Source: Chitinophagaceae bacterium (lineage in GTDB: Bacteria > Bacteroidota > Bacteroidia > Chitinophagales > Chitinophagaceae). From it: a stretch of 55,504 nucleotides of DNA. Made by a program: the position numbers and the translations under genes. Every line of letters begins with the position of its first letter. The stretch's first letter is position 1. Under the pieces are notes generated by a model. That model saw nothing but the letters and a program-made list of their open reading frames with translations, did not search any database and was not told the origin of the DNA. Of this stretch, positions 1-9,803 are shown in pieces. The stretch lies in assembly GCA_025363075.1 (NCBI GenBank), contig JANYEP010000188.1, forward strand, positions 1-55,504. The letters are read 5' to 3'.

Positions 1-963
1 TGCATTTATTTCAAGTATATATAACTTATTTGTAGCATTGTCCATCCTCACATCAACTCTTGTATAACCTTTGCCTTTGCAAGCTGCGTAGGCATTCCAG
101 CTAATTTGTTTGATATCTTCAATTAAATTTTTGTTAGGCAAAGCATACTCATAAAAATTTTCTCCATTAGGCATTTGGGTTTCATCTTCATAAATTTCCC
201 AAAGTCTATCGAACGATAAAAATTTTTCTTCATCGGGCAATGATGAATGAAAAACTCTTTCAACAGGTGTATAAATATGTGCCGTTAGTGGCTTATCATA
301 ATCTCCAACAATTAACACAGTAAACTCTGCACCATTTATAAATTCTTCTACAACAATTCCTCCTTCATTCAAATTCCAACCTCTGTAACCATCCAATATT
401 TTTTCTACTTGCTCCTTTAATTCATCTACTTTATGAACAACACTTTTTACACCAACACCCATACTGCCAGCACTTACAGCAGGCTTTACAATTATTGGCG
501 ATCCAATTTTTTTAAAAATAGAATCATCAACATCTTCAATTTTTTCGATAAATACCCAATCAGCATTTGCAACATTACACTCATCAAATGCATCCTTCAT
601 ATTGGCTTTCGAGGTTGTAATGTTGTAAAAATATTCATCACTTCCTGTATAATTTAGTTCAAGTTCATTCAAATATTTTATAACGGAAATTCCTGGTGCT
701 TCGTTTAGTTCATCGCCATCACATAAATTAAAAAACAATGGTTGCAGTTTATTTGCTTCGTAATTATTTTTTATTGACAAAATAACTTCCTTAAAATTGT
801 TTAATGTCACAGGAGTCCATTGCCACTTGAGTTGTAGCTCATTAAACACTTTAGTATATTCTTCTATACTTTGAGAAAAATCGTAGTAGTAATTAATGTT
901 TTCATCTATTGTTTCAACACTTGGTGCTAATACAAAAATCATTAAGTTAGTTGGAAAATTCAT
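1..963 (-). CDS. ATP-grasp ligase, D-alanine--D-alanine ligase-like (C-terminal end runs off the window)
   Basis: Absent from the ORF track because no stop lies inside the window. Hand translation of the reverse strand from ATG 963-961 stays open for all 321 codons: MNFPTNLMIFVLAPS...KPAVSAGSMGVGV...VVEEFINGAEFTVLIVGD...GYTRVDVRMDNATNKLYILEINA. These are the hallmark ATP-grasp/Ddl blocks. Confidence 0.75.
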   Translation of the reverse strand, partial: MNFPTNLMIFVLAPSVETIDENINYYYDFSQSIEEYTKVFNELQLKWQWTPVTLNNFKEVILSIKNNYEANKLQPLFFNLCDGDELNEAPGISVIKYLNELELNYTGSDEYFYNITTSKANMKDAFDECNVANADWVFIEKIEDVDDSIFKKIGSPIIVKPAVSAGSMGVGVKSVVHKVDELKEQVEKILDGYRGWNLNEGGIVVEEFINGAEFTVLIVGDYDKPLTAHIYTPVERVFHSSLPDEEKFLSFDRLWEIYEDETQMPNGENFYEYALPNKNLIEDIKQISWNAYAACKGKGYTRVDVRMDNATNKLYILEINA

Positions 964-1455
964 TTATTGCTTGTCTAACATTGATTGAATAAAGTCTGTT
1001 AATTTATATTTCGACAAAACTTCTTTCGACAAATATGCAGCACCTTTTATCGTATGCAAACAATTTTTATTACCACAGCTACAAGTAAATGGCTGATCCA
1101 TATTCCACTCACTACTTGGGTAAAAAAAAGTAAGCTCATCACCAACATTAATATTCTTTAAAGAAACCAACTCAGACTTGGTTGTATCAAAAAAAACATT
1201 GGGCTCACAACTATGGTTGCAATATTGTAAAAACGCTGGTTGCAATGTGATATGTTTATTCAATCCTATTTGCACAGTTAGGTAAGTTGGTGTTGCAGAA
1301 ATACTGCCACCAGAGAAGTTACATAAGACTTCATTGTTATTAAAATCCTTGCTTGTATGCAAGCTTTTTTCGTTGGTTAAATCGTTTTGCAAAACATCTG
1401 CAAATTCCTGATGACTAAGTATTGTATAGGTTGGCTGGGCTAGACTTGCTTTCAT
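964..1455 (-). CDS. SET-domain protein (putative protein-lysine N-methyltransferase)
   Basis: Canonical SET motifs NHSCEPN and ELTFFY, plus a post-SET-like Cys cluster CSCGNKNC. The stop codon (966-964) directly abuts the ATG of the downstream ATP-grasp gene. Confidence 0.8.
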   Translation of the reverse strand: MKASLAQPTYTILSHQEFADVLQNDLTNEKSLHTSKDFNNNEVLCNFSGGSISATPTYLTVQIGLNKHITLQPAFLQYCNHSCEPNVFFDTTKSELVSLKNINVGDELTFFYPSSEWNMDQPFTCSCGNKNCLHTIKGAAYLSKEVLSKYKLTDFIQSMLDKQ

Positions 1456-1554
1456 AATAAATGATTGAATAAAAGAAATGCAAATAGTTTAATTGGCAAA
1501 CTATTAACAAATGCCAAGCAAGCGATTTAATTGATAACTGAAAGCAATAAAAAA

Positions 1555-1573
1555 AGCCTCGATAAACGAGGCT
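1555..1573 (-). terminator. Rho-independent terminator downstream of tig
   Basis: 7-bp stem agcctcg/cgaggct with a 5-nt loop. On the minus-strand RNA it is followed by a run of U (A-run 1548-1554 on the plus strand). Confidence 0.7.
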
Positions 1574-1589
1574 CTTAAAATATTTTGTT

Positions 1590-2945
1590 TTAATGATGGT
1601 GGTGATGCAGTTTTTTTGCAAAATCATCTGCTGAAATGCTTTCGTCTTTTGCTTTTACCTGACACTCCAAAACAGTAAACATTTTATCTGTTTGAATTTT
1701 GTAGTAGCTATCCTCTACAAACTTTTTATCTTTCATCATTCTACTTATATATTCGTCAACCCAAGGTTGTTCTGCTTGTGCCATACCCATTCCCATATAG
1801 CTAAATAATTGATTTTTTGCAAATGCTTTAATGTCATCTGGCAACACTTCAATCTTATTGTCTTTAGAAATTTGAGTACTTATTAAAGTCCATTTTAAGC
1901 TATTAACAAATGAAGGGAATTCCGTTTCTGCTTCCTCAGCAGTTTTTGGTTTTTCGCCACTTGTTTGCAACCAACGCTTTAAAAATGCTTCTGGAAATTC
2001 AATAGTTGTATTGTCTAAAAGTAAATGATAAATCTGATCGTGTATTTGGTTTCTGCTTTGTGCAGCGTAAGCAGCAGCAATTTCTTCCTTAACAATGTTT
2101 CTTGCTTCTTCAGCAGTTTTTACTTCTTTATCGGGGAAAGCAGCAGCAAAAAACTCATCATTCAATTCTGCTTTTTCAACGTGTCCCACTTTTGTAATCG
2201 TGATGTTAAAATATTTTGCAGTATCATCTTTTTCTAAGCCCAAATCTTGTGCTATAAACTCCAATTCTTTTTCATCAAAAGCTTTGTTAAGTTGAAGAGA
2301 AACCACATCATCTTTTTTCTTACCCATTAAGTTGGGCTTGAAATTTTCTGTAAAATACTTTACCAATACAGAGTTTGCTTTGCTAATTCCTCCTTCAATC
2401 ACGTTTCCATTTTCGTCTGTTTCTGTAAACAAAACATTCAACACGTTTTCATCGTTGGTTACAGTTTCTGGCTCTGTCATTTTTCCGTGGCGTGTTCTTA
2501 AACGATCAAGCTCTTCATCAACAATTTTATCTTCAATATTGATAACGTATTTCGTAACACTATACTTACTTGCATCAATTGAAAGCTCAGGCTTTAAGCC
2601 CACTTCAAAAGAAAAAGTATAATCGGTAGGGTTATTAACTTCTATCTTATTTGTATCAAACTCAAGTGGTAAAGGTTGGGCAAATATGTCTAATTTTTCA
2701 GTGTCTAAATAATTAAACAATTGTGCTTCTGCAAGTCTAACAACCTCTTCCGTTAACACAGATTGTCCATACATTTTTTTAATTAATCCAGCAGGAACCA
2801 TTCCTTTTCTAAACCCTGGAATATTCGCATTTTTTGCTTGTTTTGTTAAGCTTTGTTCAAATTTGTTAAGATAATCTGCTTTGGCAATTGTAACAACAAT
2901 TTTGTCGTTTAATAAGCCAATGTTTTCTCTGGTAACTGTAGCCAT
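1590..2945 (-). CDS. tig: Trigger factor
   Basis: N-terminus MATVTRENIGLLNDKIVVTIAKADY...GFRKGMVPAGLIKKMYG is the typical ribosome-binding GFRxGxxP motif. At 451 aa the length is appropriate. Ends in an unusual HHHHH tail. Confidence 0.9.
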   Translation of the reverse strand: MATVTRENIGLLNDKIVVTIAKADYLNKFEQSLTKQAKNANIPGFRKGMVPAGLIKKMYGQSVLTEEVVRLAEAQLFNYLDTEKLDIFAQPLPLEFDTNKIEVNNPTDYTFSFEVGLKPELSIDASKYSVTKYVINIEDKIVDEELDRLRTRHGKMTEPETVTNDENVLNVLFTETDENGNVIEGGISKANSVLVKYFTENFKPNLMGKKKDDVVSLQLNKAFDEKELEFIAQDLGLEKDDTAKYFNITITKVGHVEKAELNDEFFAAAFPDKEVKTAEEARNIVKEEIAAAYAAQSRNQIHDQIYHLLLDNTTIEFPEAFLKRWLQTSGEKPKTAEEAETEFPSFVNSLKWTLISTQISKDNKIEVLPDDIKAFAKNQLFSYMGMGMAQAEQPWVDEYISRMMKDKKFVEDSYYKIQTDKMFTVLECQVKAKDESISADDFAKKLHHHHH

Positions 2946-3043
2946 TATAAGGAAAGTTAAATTGTTTAATATTTAAAAAGTTGATAAGAAAAAAGCGAAA
3001 GGAAAATTACCTATCAACCTTTAACTTATCAACTTTTAAAAAG

Positions 3044-3125
3044 TGCGGGTGGAGGGACTCGAACCCCCATGCCTCGCGGCACCAGATCCTAAGTCTGGCG
3101 TGTCTACCAATTTCACCACACCCGC
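3044..3125 (-). tRNA. tRNA-Leu (anticodon UAG), type II with long variable arm
   Basis: The reverse complement folds as a cloverleaf. Acceptor GCGGGTG/CACCCGC plus discriminator A; anticodon stem CCAGA/TCTGG with loop CTTAGGA; variable arm GCCGCGAGGC; T-loop TTCGAGT. No encoded CCA. Confidence 0.9.
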
Positions 3126-3169
3126 AGAAATTGTGAATTGGGCAGCAAATGTAGGGGAAAAATAAAAAA

Positions 3170-3191
3170 AGCGAATCTTTTGGACTCGCTT
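3170..3191 (-). terminator. Terminator-like hairpin downstream of phoH
   Basis: agcgaatc tttt ggactcgct imperfect stem flanked by A-run and T-run, 23 nt after the phoH stop. Confidence 0.55.
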
Positions 3192-3213
3192 TTTTAATAG
3201 TTATTTATAAAAA

Positions 3214-4179
3214 TTATCTTGGATTTTCCTCTGCATCTTTATTGTAGGCTTTAATAATTGCTTTTACTAATCTGTGTCTCACAACATCTTCCTCGCTTAA
3301 CTCAATATGTGCAATGCCTTCAATATTTTGTAAAATTCTTGATGCCTTTACCAAACCACTTTGCATATTTCGTGGCAAATCAATTTGAGTTGGGTCACCT
3401 GTAATAATTGCTTTTGCATTGGCACCTATACGCGTTAAAAACATTTTTATTTGAAGGTCGTTTGTGTTTTGTGCCTCGTCTAAAATAATAAATGCATTGT
3501 CTAAAGTTCTGCCACGCATATAGGCAAGTGGGGCTATTTCAATAGTTCTTGTAGTCATATAATATCCCAATTTATCAGCAGGAATCATATCATCCAAAGC
3601 ATCATAGAGTGGGCGTAAATACGGGTCAATTTTTTCTTTCAAATCTCCAGGAAGAAAGCCCAAGTTTTCTCCAGCTTCAACAGCTGGGCGAGTTAAAATA
3701 ATTTTTTTTACAACCTTATTTTTTAATGCCCTTACAGCCAAAGCAACAGCAGTATAGGTTTTACCAGTTCCTGCTGGACCAATTGCAAATACAATATCAT
3801 TTTTATCAGCAGCTGTAACCATTTTTTTCTGATTGGCAGTTCTAGCTCTTACAGTTTTTCCATTAGGTCCAAAAACCAAAATATCATTTGGATTTTTATC
3901 TACAAAATTATCAACAGTTTCTGCATCATCTCCACCAAGAATTTGCTCAAAATATCCTTCGCTTAAATGGCCATTTCTTTCGAGGTATTGAATAATCAAA
4001 TCTATTTTTTCTTTTGCAGTTTCAATTTGTTCTGGTGCTCCACTCATTTTAATTTGTGTGCCACGGGAAAGAATTTTTAACAAGGGAAACTTCTTTTTAA
4101 GCAAGTCTAATTTTCCGTTATTTACGCCAAAGAACTCAATGGGATTTACTGTTTCGAGATTAATGATTGTATCTGTCAA
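3214..4179 (-). CDS. phoH: PhoH-like ATPase
   Basis: Walker A GPAGTGKT, Walker B ILDEAQN, and the PhoH signature around [19 protein letters not shown]. The start codon is TTG. Confidence 0.9.
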   Translation of the reverse strand: MTDTIINLETVNPIEFFGVNNGKLDLLKKKFPLLKILSRGTQIKMSGAPEQIETAKEKIDLIIQYLERNGHLSEGYFEQILGGDDAETVDNFVDKNPNDILVFGPNGKTVRARTANQKKMVTAADKNDIVFAIGPAGTGKTYTAVALAVRALKNKVVKKIILTRPAVEAGENLGFLPGDLKEKIDPYLRPLYDALDDMIPADKLGYYMTTRTIEIAPLAYMRGRTLDNAFIILDEAQNTNDLQIKMFLTRIGANAKAIITGDPTQIDLPRNMQSGLVKASRILQNIEGIAHIELSEEDVVRHRLVKAIIKAYNKDAEENPR

Positions 4180-4355
4180 AGTGTTTGATTTTGTTTTGCT
4201 AATTTAGTTGTATTATACTATTTGAAATACGTATAGAATAATTTTTAAGTTTTGTTTCACATTATACACAGAATGTTAATTGCCAAAGAAAAGCCTAAAC
4301 AACCTATCATATAAAAATTTGATTTCACATTTTATCAACCGCTTAAATTTGTTTT

Positions 4356-5693
4356 ATGAAGAAGATATTATTTTTATTGTCACTAATAGTTACTGCAAAT
4401 TATTCTAATGCACAAACCCCTGAAAAATGGACATTGAGACAATGCGTTGACTATGCAATGAAAAATAATATATCTGTTAAGCAGGCGGATGTGCAGGCAC
4501 GAATTGTTGCATTACAACTTAAGCAAGCTAAATTGTATCAATTGCCAAATGCTTCTTTTAGCACCTCACTTGGTCCCTCTTTTGGTCGCTCATTAGACCC
4601 TTCAACAAATGGTTATTCAAACTTAACTTCTTTCTCACAAAACTATAATTTGCAAGGTGGTGTAGAAATTTATAATTGGGGAAAATTAAAAAATAGTAAT
4701 GCCGCTGCACAATTTAATCTTAAAGCTGCTTTGGCAGATATTGAAAAAGCAGCTAATGATGTAGCTTTAAGTGTAGCCACTTATTACTTACAAATTTTAT
4801 CTGCCAGCCAACAAATCAATATTTCAAAAGTTCAAATTCAACAAACAACAAACAACCTAATTGCAACAAGAAAAAAAGTGGATGCAGGTGCTTTGCCAGA
4901 ATTAAACGCATTGGAGTTTGAATCTCAATTGGCAACTGATAGCACTAATTATGTTGCTGCACAAACAAATTATACTCAGGCTTTGCTTTCAATGCAAGGT
5001 TTATTAAACTTGGATGCAGCAAAATCTTTTGATGTTGAAATTCCAAATGTTGAAAAAATTCCACTGGATAATTTAACAGACTTACAACCAGAAACTGTCT
5101 ATCATTTAGCATTAGATAATCAACCTAACATAAAGTCAAATCGTTTTAGGATAAAGGCAAATGAAAAAAATGTTTTTGTGAATAAAGCTGGTATGTATCC
5201 ATCAATTACAGGAAGCTATTCTTTAAGCAGTGGGTACATTGATTACCTAACAAGCAGTTCTTTCAAAAGCCCCTATTTTACTCAGCTTAACAACAATTTC
5301 AGGCAGAATGTTGGGGTGGGAATTTCTGTACCTATTTTTAACAATGGTACAAACAGAATTAATTACGAGCAAAGCAAGTTGAATTTACAAAACACAAAAG
5401 TCACGGAAGAGCAAATTGAACAAAAATTAAAACTTGACATTTTCACTGCCTACAGCAATGCTTTAAATGCTTTGCAAAAATTCAACGCAAGTAAAAAACA
5501 AGTTGATGTAGCCCAAAAAACATTTGAATTCGCTCAAAAACGATATGATGTTGGCTTATTAAATACTTTAGACTTTATAACCAATCAGAACAATTTATTG
5601 AAGGCTAAAACGCAAAACTTAGCCGACCAATATGATTATGTTTTTAAGATGAAACTGCTGGAATTTTATAAAGGTCAGGGACTGAAATTATAG
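4356..5693 (+). CDS. TolC-family outer membrane efflux protein
   Basis: Signal peptide; the opening WTLRQCVDYAMKNN typical of OEP/TolC family proteins; two-repeat coiled architecture; 445 aa. Confidence 0.8.
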   Translation: MKKILFLLSLIVTANYSNAQTPEKWTLRQCVDYAMKNNISVKQADVQARIVALQLKQAKLYQLPNASFSTSLGPSFGRSLDPSTNGYSNLTSFSQNYNLQGGVEIYNWGKLKNSNAAAQFNLKAALADIEKAANDVALSVATYYLQILSASQQINISKVQIQQTTNNLIATRKKVDAGALPELNALEFESQLATDSTNYVAAQTNYTQALLSMQGLLNLDAAKSFDVEIPNVEKIPLDNLTDLQPETVYHLALDNQPNIKSNRFRIKANEKNVFVNKAGMYPSITGSYSLSSGYIDYLTSSSFKSPYFTQLNNNFRQNVGVGISVPIFNNGTNRINYEQSKLNLQNTKVTEEQIEQKLKLDIFTAYSNALNALQKFNASKKQVDVAQKTFEFAQKRYDVGLLNTLDFITNQNNLLKAKTQNLADQYDYVFKMKLLEFYKGQGLKL

Positions 5694-6689
5694 TTAGTTT
5701 TTATAATACTGACCCGTAATTAATTTGAATACTCGACCCTCTTGAAATTGTTTAAATGTAGCAACTTCAGCAGCGTGAGCATCTGCCCAGATTTTATATT
5801 CTACAGGATTTATTGCAATTCCAAACAACCATTGATTATACGCATCAGACATTCCTTCACGAATTAAAAAACGTTGTTGATCAAATAATCTAAAAGGAAA
5901 TTTTTCATTCTTTTTATCATAAAACCAACTTAAAATAAACTTTGTTCGAATAGCTGTAAGATAAGTAGCAGTAAGGCTTTCAGAACTATTGCCTAATGTT
6001 TGTAATACATTTTTTTCAAACTCATTTTTTGTACTTGTACCAGCATCGCCCAAGTAAAGTAGTTTTTTGTAAGCGTCTAAAATTGTGGCTTTCATTTCAG
6101 CAGTTCTTGTTGTATAACTTTCAAGATTTACAAAAATTTCTCCATATATAATTGCCCAAAATTGCTGCTTGTTTTGGTTGTAATACAACGCTGCATTGTA
6201 GTAATTACTCGAATAATTAGGGTCAACTTCAATGCCTTTTTCCCAATTTTTTATGGCTTCACCTTTATTTTTTTCTATAATATTCAAGTCAGCCAATTCG
6301 CTGTAAAGCACACCACTATTGGGAAATTTTGCAAGTCCTGTTTTATATAATTTATCACATTCTTTGTACATTGCTATTGATTTGTAATTCATTCCAAGCA
6401 ATTGAAAATCTTGTTCATCAGCAGTTGAGTCAGTAATTAATTTTTTAGAAAGCTCCATACTTTTTGCAAAATCCCTTTTTAAAAAACATAAATATGCAAA
6501 GTCTTTTTTTGCTGCAAGATTGTCTGGCTCGTTTGCTAAAAGTCTATTAAAAACTAATGTTGCATTCTCGTAATCGCCATCATTCATTAAGCTTTTTGCT
6601 GTTTTGTATACGTCAGAAATTGGTTGTGCATTCAACGAAATTGTAAAAAGAAAAACAACAATTATGACAATATTTTTTTTCATATTCAT
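5694..6689 (-). CDS. Tetratricopeptide-repeat protein with signal peptide
   Basis: Repeated A/Y/L-rich 34-residue helical repeats (YENATLVFNRLLANEPDN..., GEAIKNWEKGIEVDPNY...) and an N-terminal signal sequence. Confidence 0.65.
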   Translation of the reverse strand: MNMKKNIVIIVVFLFTISLNAQPISDVYKTAKSLMNDGDYENATLVFNRLLANEPDNLAAKKDFAYLCFLKRDFAKSMELSKKLITDSTADEQDFQLLGMNYKSIAMYKECDKLYKTGLAKFPNSGVLYSELADLNIIEKNKGEAIKNWEKGIEVDPNYSSNYYNAALYYNQNKQQFWAIIYGEIFVNLESYTTRTAEMKATILDAYKKLLYLGDAGTSTKNEFEKNVLQTLGNSSESLTATYLTAIRTKFILSWFYDKKNEKFPFRLFDQQRFLIREGMSDAYNQWLFGIAINPVEYKIWADAHAAEVATFKQFQEGRVFKLITGQYYKN

Positions 6690-6736
6690 TCTATAAAATG
6701 ATTTTTTGTAAAAGTAATAAAAGCAATAACAACAGA

Positions 6737-7783
6737 CTAATTTGTGTTCTTAATAACATCCCAAAAAGATTCAGCAGCTTTATCCCAATTAAACTTTAGT
6801 GCTTGCTGTAAGCCCTCTTTACTAAGTTTGCTTTTTAAATTTTCGTCTTTATAAATCAGTTGCATTTTCTCTGCAATTTCTTCTGGTGAATTTGGTTTTA
6901 CATATAAAATAGCCTCGTCTCCAATTTCAATCATATTGCCTGCATTGCTTGCAATAACAGGCACAGAACTTTGCATTGCTTGCAGAATTTGTAGTGGAAA
7001 GCCATCACTAAAAGATGGATATAAAACACAATATGCCGATGCCGTAAGTCTTGTAAGTTGATTTTCTGAAACATCATTTAGCAACACCACATCATCTCGA
7101 AATTTATACGTTTTCAATTTTTCTTCAGTATCGTTAGAATCCTTTACTATTAGCAGTTTCATATTACTTCTCTGCCATTTTTTAAAAGATGAAAATGCTT
7201 TTAAAACATTCATCACATTGCTTTGAGAAGTTGTATTATCATTAAACAAAAAATATTCTCTTGCATCGGTGTAGCCTTCTTTTGTTTGCATTATTTCATC
7301 AAAATTTAAAGGTTTAAAATTTGATGAAGCACCCCCATAAATTACATTGATTTTATTATTATCTACCTGATATTTTTCAACAATTTGATTCTTTAAAAAT
7401 TGTGATGAAACTATTATCTGCTTGGCTTTTACTATATTTTTTTTGGTAGAAATATTATCTGTCAACATCAATAATTGAGGGGTAGAAATTGTTGTGCTAC
7501 AAATACCATTCATTTGAATTAATAAATCTGGCTTGTGCTTTTTTAATGCAATTGGTAGCTTAATATCATACCAACATTTTAGTGCTAATTTGTTTTGCAA
7601 TGCAGATTTTACAGGGATTAGCGTAATCTTTTTTGAAGAAATAAATTCATCTTTATTTAGTTTATTAAAAATAAAAAAAAATTGATTTTGCTGTGCAATT
7701 CTTTCAAAAACTTCTTTTATAAAAAGGCTTTTATAGTCTGTTTTATCCAGTGATATTCCTATTGTATTTACAGCTATTATCAT
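6737..7783 (-). CDS. Glycosyltransferase, GT4 (group 1) family
   Basis: C-terminal GT-B motif region: YPSFSDGFPLQILQAMQSSVPVIASNAGNMIEIGDEA. Confidence 0.75.
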   Translation of the reverse strand: MIIAVNTIGISLDKTDYKSLFIKEVFERIAQQNQFFFIFNKLNKDEFISSKKITLIPVKSALQNKLALKCWYDIKLPIALKKHKPDLLIQMNGICSTTISTPQLLMLTDNISTKKNIVKAKQIIVSSQFLKNQIVEKYQVDNNKINVIYGGASSNFKPLNFDEIMQTKEGYTDAREYFLFNDNTTSQSNVMNVLKAFSSFKKWQRSNMKLLIVKDSNDTEEKLKTYKFRDDVVLLNDVSENQLTRLTASAYCVLYPSFSDGFPLQILQAMQSSVPVIASNAGNMIEIGDEAILYVKPNSPEEIAEKMQLIYKDENLKSKLSKEGLQQALKFNWDKAAESFWDVIKNTN

Positions 7784-7816
7784 TCTATCAAGTCAAAAAT
7801 TATACAAAAAAGAAGA

Positions 7817-7860
7817 AGCCACAGGTTCACAGATTAAATAAAATCTGTGAACCTGTGGCT
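7817..7860 (-). terminator. Long perfect hairpin downstream of the PPIase gene
   Basis: 19-bp perfect stem agccacaggttcacagatt / aatctgtgaacctgtggct with a 6-nt loop, 15 nt after the stop at 7875. Confidence 0.7.
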
Positions 7861-7874
7861 CATAAAAATTTCAA

Positions 7875-9800
7875 TTATTTTATTGTTCCCCAAACAGCTT
7901 CGTTTACTTTTATTGGATATTTTTTCTTCAAACTGTTCATCCAGTTTTGTTCAAGTTCTTGTTGATAATCGTTCATCACCAAACCCCTTGCATCTTCAAA
8001 ACTTCTTGGTTCAATGTTTTCAAAAACTTTAGTAATATAAATGAAGCTATATGACTCGTCTGTACCATTTCTTTCTGGTTGACTAATAAATCCTGCTTTC
8101 TTCTCAAACGCAGATTTGATAGGCATTTGGCTAAATTCGTATCTTCCACTATCAGCAGCAGCCTTAGCTCCTTCAGCACTCACAATTGCCTTCCAATCTT
8201 GTGGATTTGCTTTAATCTTTTCATATAAATCTGTTGCTAAAGTTTTGCTGTTGGCACTAATAGAAACAGCAGCTACACCTGGTTGCCAATTGTATTTTGT
8301 TTTGTTAGCTGCAAAGTTTGCTTTTAAGCCAACAGTATCTTCTCCTGCTTTGCCCCAAACGTGTTTGTCCATTGCAGCAAATAATAAATTAGCTTCGTTA
8401 AATTCATTCAACTGTTGTTGTAAATTTTTGTTGTATTCTTCAATATGATTTCTGTAATAATCTCCAGTGCTGGCATCTTCAAACATTCTAATCAATTCGC
8501 CAAAACTCTTGCTACCATTGCCATTATCGTTGCCTCCATAACGTACATTTTTTACATATTGAATAAAATCAAACAACTTAACATTTTGCTTTTTGAAAGA
8601 AAATAACAAAGTAGAATCGTTGGCAACAGCAATTAAATCGTCTGTGCTTTTATCTTGAATAGTGCTATCTGCAAAAGCCCAAGCAGAAGCTTCGCTATAA
8701 AATGCTTTTCTAAATCCTGTTAATTCTTTCCACTTTGAAATTAGATTTCTTTTTGCAATTGCAAGCCTGTCGCTGTTGTCCAATTTAGTCTTTAACAAGG
8801 CTGCATAGTCAGCATTATCAAGGCTTTTAGCAATTGGAATAATTTCTATTAACTTCAAAATATGAATACCATAATCGGTATGAATCATCTCAGAAATATC
8901 GCCAACGTTTTTTAACGCAAATATTTTTTCCTCGAAGCTGCGATTAAATCTACCCAAACCAACTTCACCCATATCACCTTTATTGTTGGCTGTTGAATAG
9001 TCGTTGCTGTAGTCTTGTGCCAATGCTCCAAAGTTTTCGCCACGCAACACTTTTTTATAAACTAAAGCTGCTGTAGAATCTACTTTATCTTTTTCTGCTT
9101 GTGTTGCATTTGGTGGATATGACAAGAGTATTTGAGCCATTTTTCTTTTTCCTGCTGCTGGTCTGTCTGTAATATTTTTAAAAATATGCCAACCATAAGC
9201 ACTGTGATATGGTGCAGAGAAACCTCCTTGTTTTAGAGCATAAACGATGTTCTCAATTTCGTAGGGTAGCGAAAAAACTGTAATAAAACCAATGCTTCCT
9301 TTCGCAGCTTTAATAGACGAGTCGTTGCAATATTTATTCAATATTTCATCAAATTTTTTGCCTGCTTTCAATTCGCTGTAAGCCTTGTAGATAGCTATTC
9401 TTGCAGCAATAGAGTCTCCATTGTTTGCAACAAATATTTGCGAAACATCGATGTCTTTTTGGCTTCTGTCAAATGCTTCTTTTAATAATATTTTTGCATT
9501 TGCTTCATCATTAATAACATTCTCTGCAATTTGTCTTTTAAAATTATCGCTCTCTGTTTTGAAAGATGTTTTTGCATCCAATGTATCATCATAAGCACTT
9601 TGAACTTTTAGTTTAAAGTTGATGTAGAGGTTTTTATATTCATCCAAAGCCTTTTTTCTGTCAACATTAGGATTTGGGTTTTTATTGAATGCAGTTAAAA
9701 ATTCTTGTTTGCCCACTGTTTTATTTCCGTAGGTAAAAAGCGTTTGAGCGTTTGTTTTAAAAGCAGCTAAAACAATCATTGAAAAAAGTATTCTTTTCAT
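7875..9800 (-). CDS. Periplasmic peptidyl-prolyl isomerase, SurA/PpiD-like with parvulin domains
   Basis: Signal peptide and two parvulin-type blocks (GWHIFK, GIHILKL), 641 aa. Confidence 0.75.
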   Translation of the reverse strand: MKRILFSMIVLAAFKTNAQTLFTYGNKTVGKQEFLTAFNKNPNPNVDRKKALDEYKNLYINFKLKVQSAYDDTLDAKTSFKTESDNFKRQIAENVINDEANAKILLKEAFDRSQKDIDVSQIFVANNGDSIAARIAIYKAYSELKAGKKFDEILNKYCNDSSIKAAKGSIGFITVFSLPYEIENIVYALKQGGFSAPYHSAYGWHIFKNITDRPAAGKRKMAQILLSYPPNATQAEKDKVDSTAALVYKKVLRGENFGALAQDYSNDYSTANNKGDMGEVGLGRFNRSFEEKIFALKNVGDISEMIHTDYGIHILKLIEIIPIAKSLDNADYAALLKTKLDNSDRLAIAKRNLISKWKELTGFRKAFYSEASAWAFADSTIQDKSTDDLIAVANDSTLLFSFKKQNVKLFDFIQYVKNVRYGGNDNGNGSKSFGELIRMFEDASTGDYYRNHIEEYNKNLQQQLNEFNEANLLFAAMDKHVWGKAGEDTVGLKANFAANKTKYNWQPGVAAVSISANSKTLATDLYEKIKANPQDWKAIVSAEGAKAAADSGRYEFSQMPIKSAFEKKAGFISQPERNGTDESYSFIYITKVFENIEPRSFEDARGLVMNDYQQELEQNWMNSLKKKYPIKVNEAVWGTIK

Positions 9801-9803
9801 TTT

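Noticed and set aside
1590-1610. His5 tail of trigger factor as evidence that the sequence is an engineered construct
   Set aside because: No vector, linker or protease-site sequence is present. The codons are mixed, and the native terminator and flanking chromosomal genes are intact. I kept it only as a low-interest natural feature.
1415-1627. 70-aa minus-strand ORF spanning the SET/tig intergenic region
   Set aside because: It overlaps the end of tig, its terminator hairpin and the start of the SET gene. The translation is hydrophobic and low-complexity, so likely non-coding.
3044-3125. tRNA-Leu as a possible integration site for a mobile element
   Set aside because: It is flanked by phoH and tig with only short spacers. 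There is no integrase, and I could not see a direct repeat of the tRNA 3' end elsewhere in the window.
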